A model generated the notes under the pieces. It was not told where the DNA came from, made no database searches, and worked only from the letters and a program-made list of their open reading frames with translations. From contig JBEWZL010000098.1 of assembly GCA_045837725.1 (NCBI GenBank), positions 1-64,000 of the forward strand: DNA of 64,000 nt, given 5' to 3'. How positions within the stretch are numbered: the stretch's first letter is position 1; every line of letters begins with the position of its first letter. This stretch comes from Vermamoeba vermiformis. Lineage: Eukaryota. Made by a program: the position numbers and the translations under genes. Shown here in pieces: positions 59,687 to 64,000 of the stretch.

Positions 59687-62600
59687 TTAATCCCTCTTTA
59701 CACCTTTATAGATCTTTCGAACAAAAATTTGAGTTCCCAAGAACCCAACTGCACCGCATAACAGCGCAATTCCGAAGCAGAACATAGCAGTATATCCAAA
59801 GTAATATACGGTCTGCAAGAAGCCGCTCATTTTGGTTTTGCCAAAGTAGTAGATGCCGTACAAGTAGATGTACAAACCAGTCGATGCAGCGCCTAAGAAT
59901 GACGTCCAATGCCACCTATCGATATAAAATATGATTAATATCGCGTTACTGAATCTTAAATGCTCTATTTAAAGAATTTTGATCGGATCGGATCCACGAA
60001 CTAAAAATAAACTTTACCTGTAGTCCTCGGAGTTGAGCAAGAAATATGTCATGACGATAGTGATGCATATAGTAACTGCTATTAAGATGACATAGACCAA
60101 TGCTAAGAATCCAAAGACATAATAGAATTTGTGTTGCCAGAGCGCTGAAAAGACGAAAAACATCTCGATGAAGATCGATGAGAAAGGCATAATACCACTC
60201 GCCAATATCAATACCCATCGATGTTGATACCTACATCATTATATAATCGTTAGATATCGGAAATAAAGCTCAATAAAATCTTCTAAAAAAGGAAATTTAA
60301 ATTTAATCTCGAGGCAAATTCGTTTTATATCGATAATATAGCTTGATTATAGTATTAATATAGCTTGTATATATAGTTACTTACCATTGCTTTTGCGATT
60401 CATCGATTGGTCTTGGCAACGGGTTGATTCTTCCAGGGAAATCCGGAGTTGAGCTCCATTCTTTCGCGGCTAGAGCACCGCCAAAGGTCAAAGGTAGTGC
60501 AATGAAGCCCCATATTAATATAATAACGACTACGGTACCAAACGGAACTGCAGTCAATGAATGGTAGCCGATCGCGACGAAATTCAAAAAGAAGCCTAAC
60601 AAGAAAATGAAGCCCGGGAACATTGTCGCTGTCACTACTACGTTTCTAAGCCACTTCCTAATAATATTACCATAATTAGTTATTGAAATTCATTCTTGGC
60701 GCATCCATTTGAAGATCCAGAGAGGGATCTGCCAAATAAAGCAAAAAATGCAATACTGTATGATACTTGGATAAAACCCGCGTAGTATAATTAATTTATG
60801 GGCCCTATTGTTACATAAACTGATGAATATTGAGTACTTACTTGCCGCCATGCTTCATGTAAAAGCTATTTGAAATGTATCCAGAAATAAATGCGGTAAA
60901 GGCGTAGCAAACGACAAAAGCAGATAATATAGATCCTCGACTATTGATATAATATATTAGCGTATATTCAATCTCCTCAGCTCGCCAAATACTGAAAATT
61001 ATTGTTCGAGATCCCGATCGTAAATATTAAAATGGTTATAATGCTTGCATTAAGCGAATAATTTGTATAAAGGACATCCTATAGATACTTACTTGCGATA
61101 GAAACCAATCGAAAACAAAATTGAAGCAGCGAACAAAATGGCGAGTTGCGATCCAGTGCCGATCAATGCAGAAAACAAAGTTAACTTTGCAGGAGCTCTA
61201 AAATATCATGTATACGATTAATTAGATATATTATTACTAAATTTACCAAAATTAACGTACCTGAATACGTCTCCATGGATTTGCTTCCAACCGGTTTCAT
61301 CGATCACATCCAAACCTTCTTCTTCATCGTCAAAGTCGCGTGCAATCTTAATGAAGTCCTTCTTCAATGTTCGGAATAGAATTAATGCCACGAGACCGAT
61401 CAAAAAGACCAACATCACGAAAGAATTAAAGATCGAGAACCAATGGATCTGCATTGCGATAAAAAAAGTTAGAAATGATTAAATAGCATATAAAATCGTA
61501 TATATATGTACCTGGTGCTCGAAGAAGTTATTGTCCAAGTACCGATCGAAGCGATGTTCGTAGCTGATCTTGGATGGCAACCACTTCACGGCGTAAGTCA
61601 TAGCCAATTGCACATCAGTCTTAGTCACGTCTACTAAAGTAGGACTAGTAGTCTCCAACTTCACTTCGATGACCTATATAATTAATAAGCATGAGTAACC
61701 TCGTGTAACGGCTCGTAGATCCAGATCTAGCTAATATGAAAAATACACTTTGATTTCGTAACACTGCTCTATAAAAATTGAATATATCATCTCATTTGAT
61801 GATATTATACGTACCCTATCCTTATTATAGGTCAAAGTGAACATGTAGTGCGTGTAAATATAAGCCTTCTTATTCTTAAACTCGCCGAGCATTCCCCACA
61901 CGGGCAAATCATCTAATCATATTGTAATATTAGCTATATATCACATGGTATTATAATAACGCCATTTTGAGCTCAAAGTGTTCTACGGTTATATTGTGGA
62001 TCTCGTACCAATGAAATACTCGAACCAGTACTCGCGCTTAACAGCATCAACGAAGGTCTCTAAGGTATCTTTATCGAGCTTAAGACTGCACCATTGTTTG
62101 CTCTCTTGGTCTCCTATAATTGCAACAAATGCGAGTTAATACAAGATCTGCCAGTACATTACAACAAGGCCAACGCTAATTTCATATTTTTGCGTAAATC
62201 TTGTCATAATATAGCTCGTAGAGTATAATACAGTATTTTACGATGATTGAAGTAATTCTCTCGTTACGTACTTTTGAAGGCAAGCTTAAAAGGTCCAGAA
62301 ACTAATTCATAGCCAATTAACGCTTCACCAAGGCCCTCACTGCGCTCTTTGACCTCATTAGGCTTGCAGAATGGCAAAGAATAATATTCGTATTTTTCCT
62401 GCGTAAATTCAAGTCAAAACTCGGCTGACGTTGACAGATCGATATGAAACAAAAATAATATCAAATAATTGTAAAATACAATAAATAATGTTCATATTTA
62501 TACGCATTAATCGTAACTTACTTGAGGGTTGTGATAGGGACCAATTTTATTTACCCACAACACGAGATCTTCGTCCTCTTTATACTAAACCGATAACAAA

Positions 62601-62802
62601 AATTAGCACAATATATTCTACATCTTATTCTCGATAATCAATAATTTTAATATCGAAATGGAGCAGATTTGATATTTTTGAATTATTACAATTTCACTTG
62701 TTTGCATACCTTATGCGTTCTTTCATCGGCCAGAGCTCCAATAAGCAACGACAATAGGCAATTCGTTGCTAATATTAATATACAAAGTTGTCTGAGCCTC
62801 AT
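59687..62802 (-). CDS. Nonaspanin TM9SF/EMP70-family protein; many exons
   Basis: Signal peptide; [69 protein letters not shown]-terminal IYKGVKRD. Confidence 0.93.
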
Positions 62803-63053
62803 AGTTGTCGACAAACGGAAAAATTACAAATAATCGTTTGATTTCTTGCTTTGCTCGTACGAGCCAGATCCACTTAGTTCAATAGTTCACTGCAACAAAC
62901 AAGCTTACATAAAACAATATCCTAATATCATATAAAATATATCTCGAGTTGAAGGCCACGCGATCTAGATTTACCAGATTGTAACGAGCGCGAACCCGAG
63001 CAAATATTACAGAAGAATTATTTGAACCGTGGCTTTATTTTTTAATAACATAT

Positions 63054-64000
63054 TTAAGCGTCCAAGCGGCCCTTGTTGGCAACAACCTTGACGTAAGAAC
63101 CGTCAGGGACGATCTTGCCTTGAGATTTAAGTTCGAGGTACTCCTTGGGAGTGTACTTGGTGAAACCCCACTTTCTGGAGACAACAATGCGTTGTTGACC
63201 AGGGAACTTGAACTTGGAGCGGCGAAGAGCCTCCATAGCGGCAGGGACGGCCTTTTCAGTGCAACGGACGGAGATCAAGATTTGACCGATGTTAACACGG
63301 GCGCTGACACCAGTGGGCTTACCGAAGGCACCGCGCATACCGGTTTGCAATCTATATAATACAAATAATGAGTCACGCTGAATCCTTTCCTCGACAAATC
63401 CGCAAAAATAGCGCATCCACAAATACTCGACTCAATTACGTCTTGTAAATGCCAACTTTCGTCAAATCCCATTCTCCAATTATTGCTAATTAAATACGCG
63501 TAATTGTAAGAATAATTACCTATCAGCACCGGCGCACGAAAGCATCTTGTTGATGCGGAGAACGTGGAAGGGGTGAACACGAATACGGCAGTGGAAAGAA
63601 TCCTTTTGGCCAACCTTGGTCATGTACTTGTTGACGCAAACACGGGCGGCTTCAAGAGCTTCAGAGGAGAGCTGCAGAAAAACGAATCGGTGAATAAATT
63701 ATTCATAACGCCATAAATTCATTTTAATAATCGTATTTGCCTAAAATTATTATTGCTCGTGCATCGCACGAATATATATTAAAATAATAATTATTTTCTG
63801 TAATATTATAAAAAAGGAAAATCATGAGAAAATAAATTAACAATAATCGATCCAATAATTACCTGTTCGCGTTCCAAAGAAATCATGTGAACACATTGAG
63901 GGAACTCATCAACTGTGGCCTTCTTCTTGCCCAAATCGAAGATTCTAATACGAGAATCAGGGACACCACGGTTGTAGCGGGATTTGGGGTAAGGCTTGCC
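63054..64000 (-). CDS. RPL10: 60S ribosomal protein L10 (uL16), 5' end outside the window
   Basis: [62 protein letters not shown]. Confidence 0.97.

Overview
Gene-dense, intron-rich eukaryotic nuclear DNA with short AT-rich GT-AG introns. The gene content suggests an amoebozoan-like protist; this is inference. About 22 host protein genes or gene fragments are present: a Cys-rich surface protein, two tandem LRR receptor kinases, WDR89-like, NFU1, SLC25A43-like carrier, a PARP-like ART, a WW-containing RAD5/16-type SNF2 ATPase, an MFS-like transporter, a GH162-like beta-1,2-glucanase, an F-box protein, Dus, a divergent tri-ubiquitin, a frameshifted BTB gene, allantoicase, an HTH protein, guanine deaminase, an N6/N4-MTase-like protein, a giant PARP4-like/nucleotidyltransferase/ankyrin fusion, TM9SF and RPL10. 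A very young Ty3/Gypsy LTR element (30565-38830) carries an intron-containing piggyBac-like transposon inside its 3' LTR. The strongest finding is a circularly permuted tRNA-Glu(TTC) gene at 58605-58713 (minus strand). Its 3' half precedes its 5' half, the leader and trailer are complementary, a T8 terminator follows, and there is a G1-A72 mismatch. Its 3' end also matches the retrotransposon primer-binding site. All gene models and family calls were made by eye with no database search.
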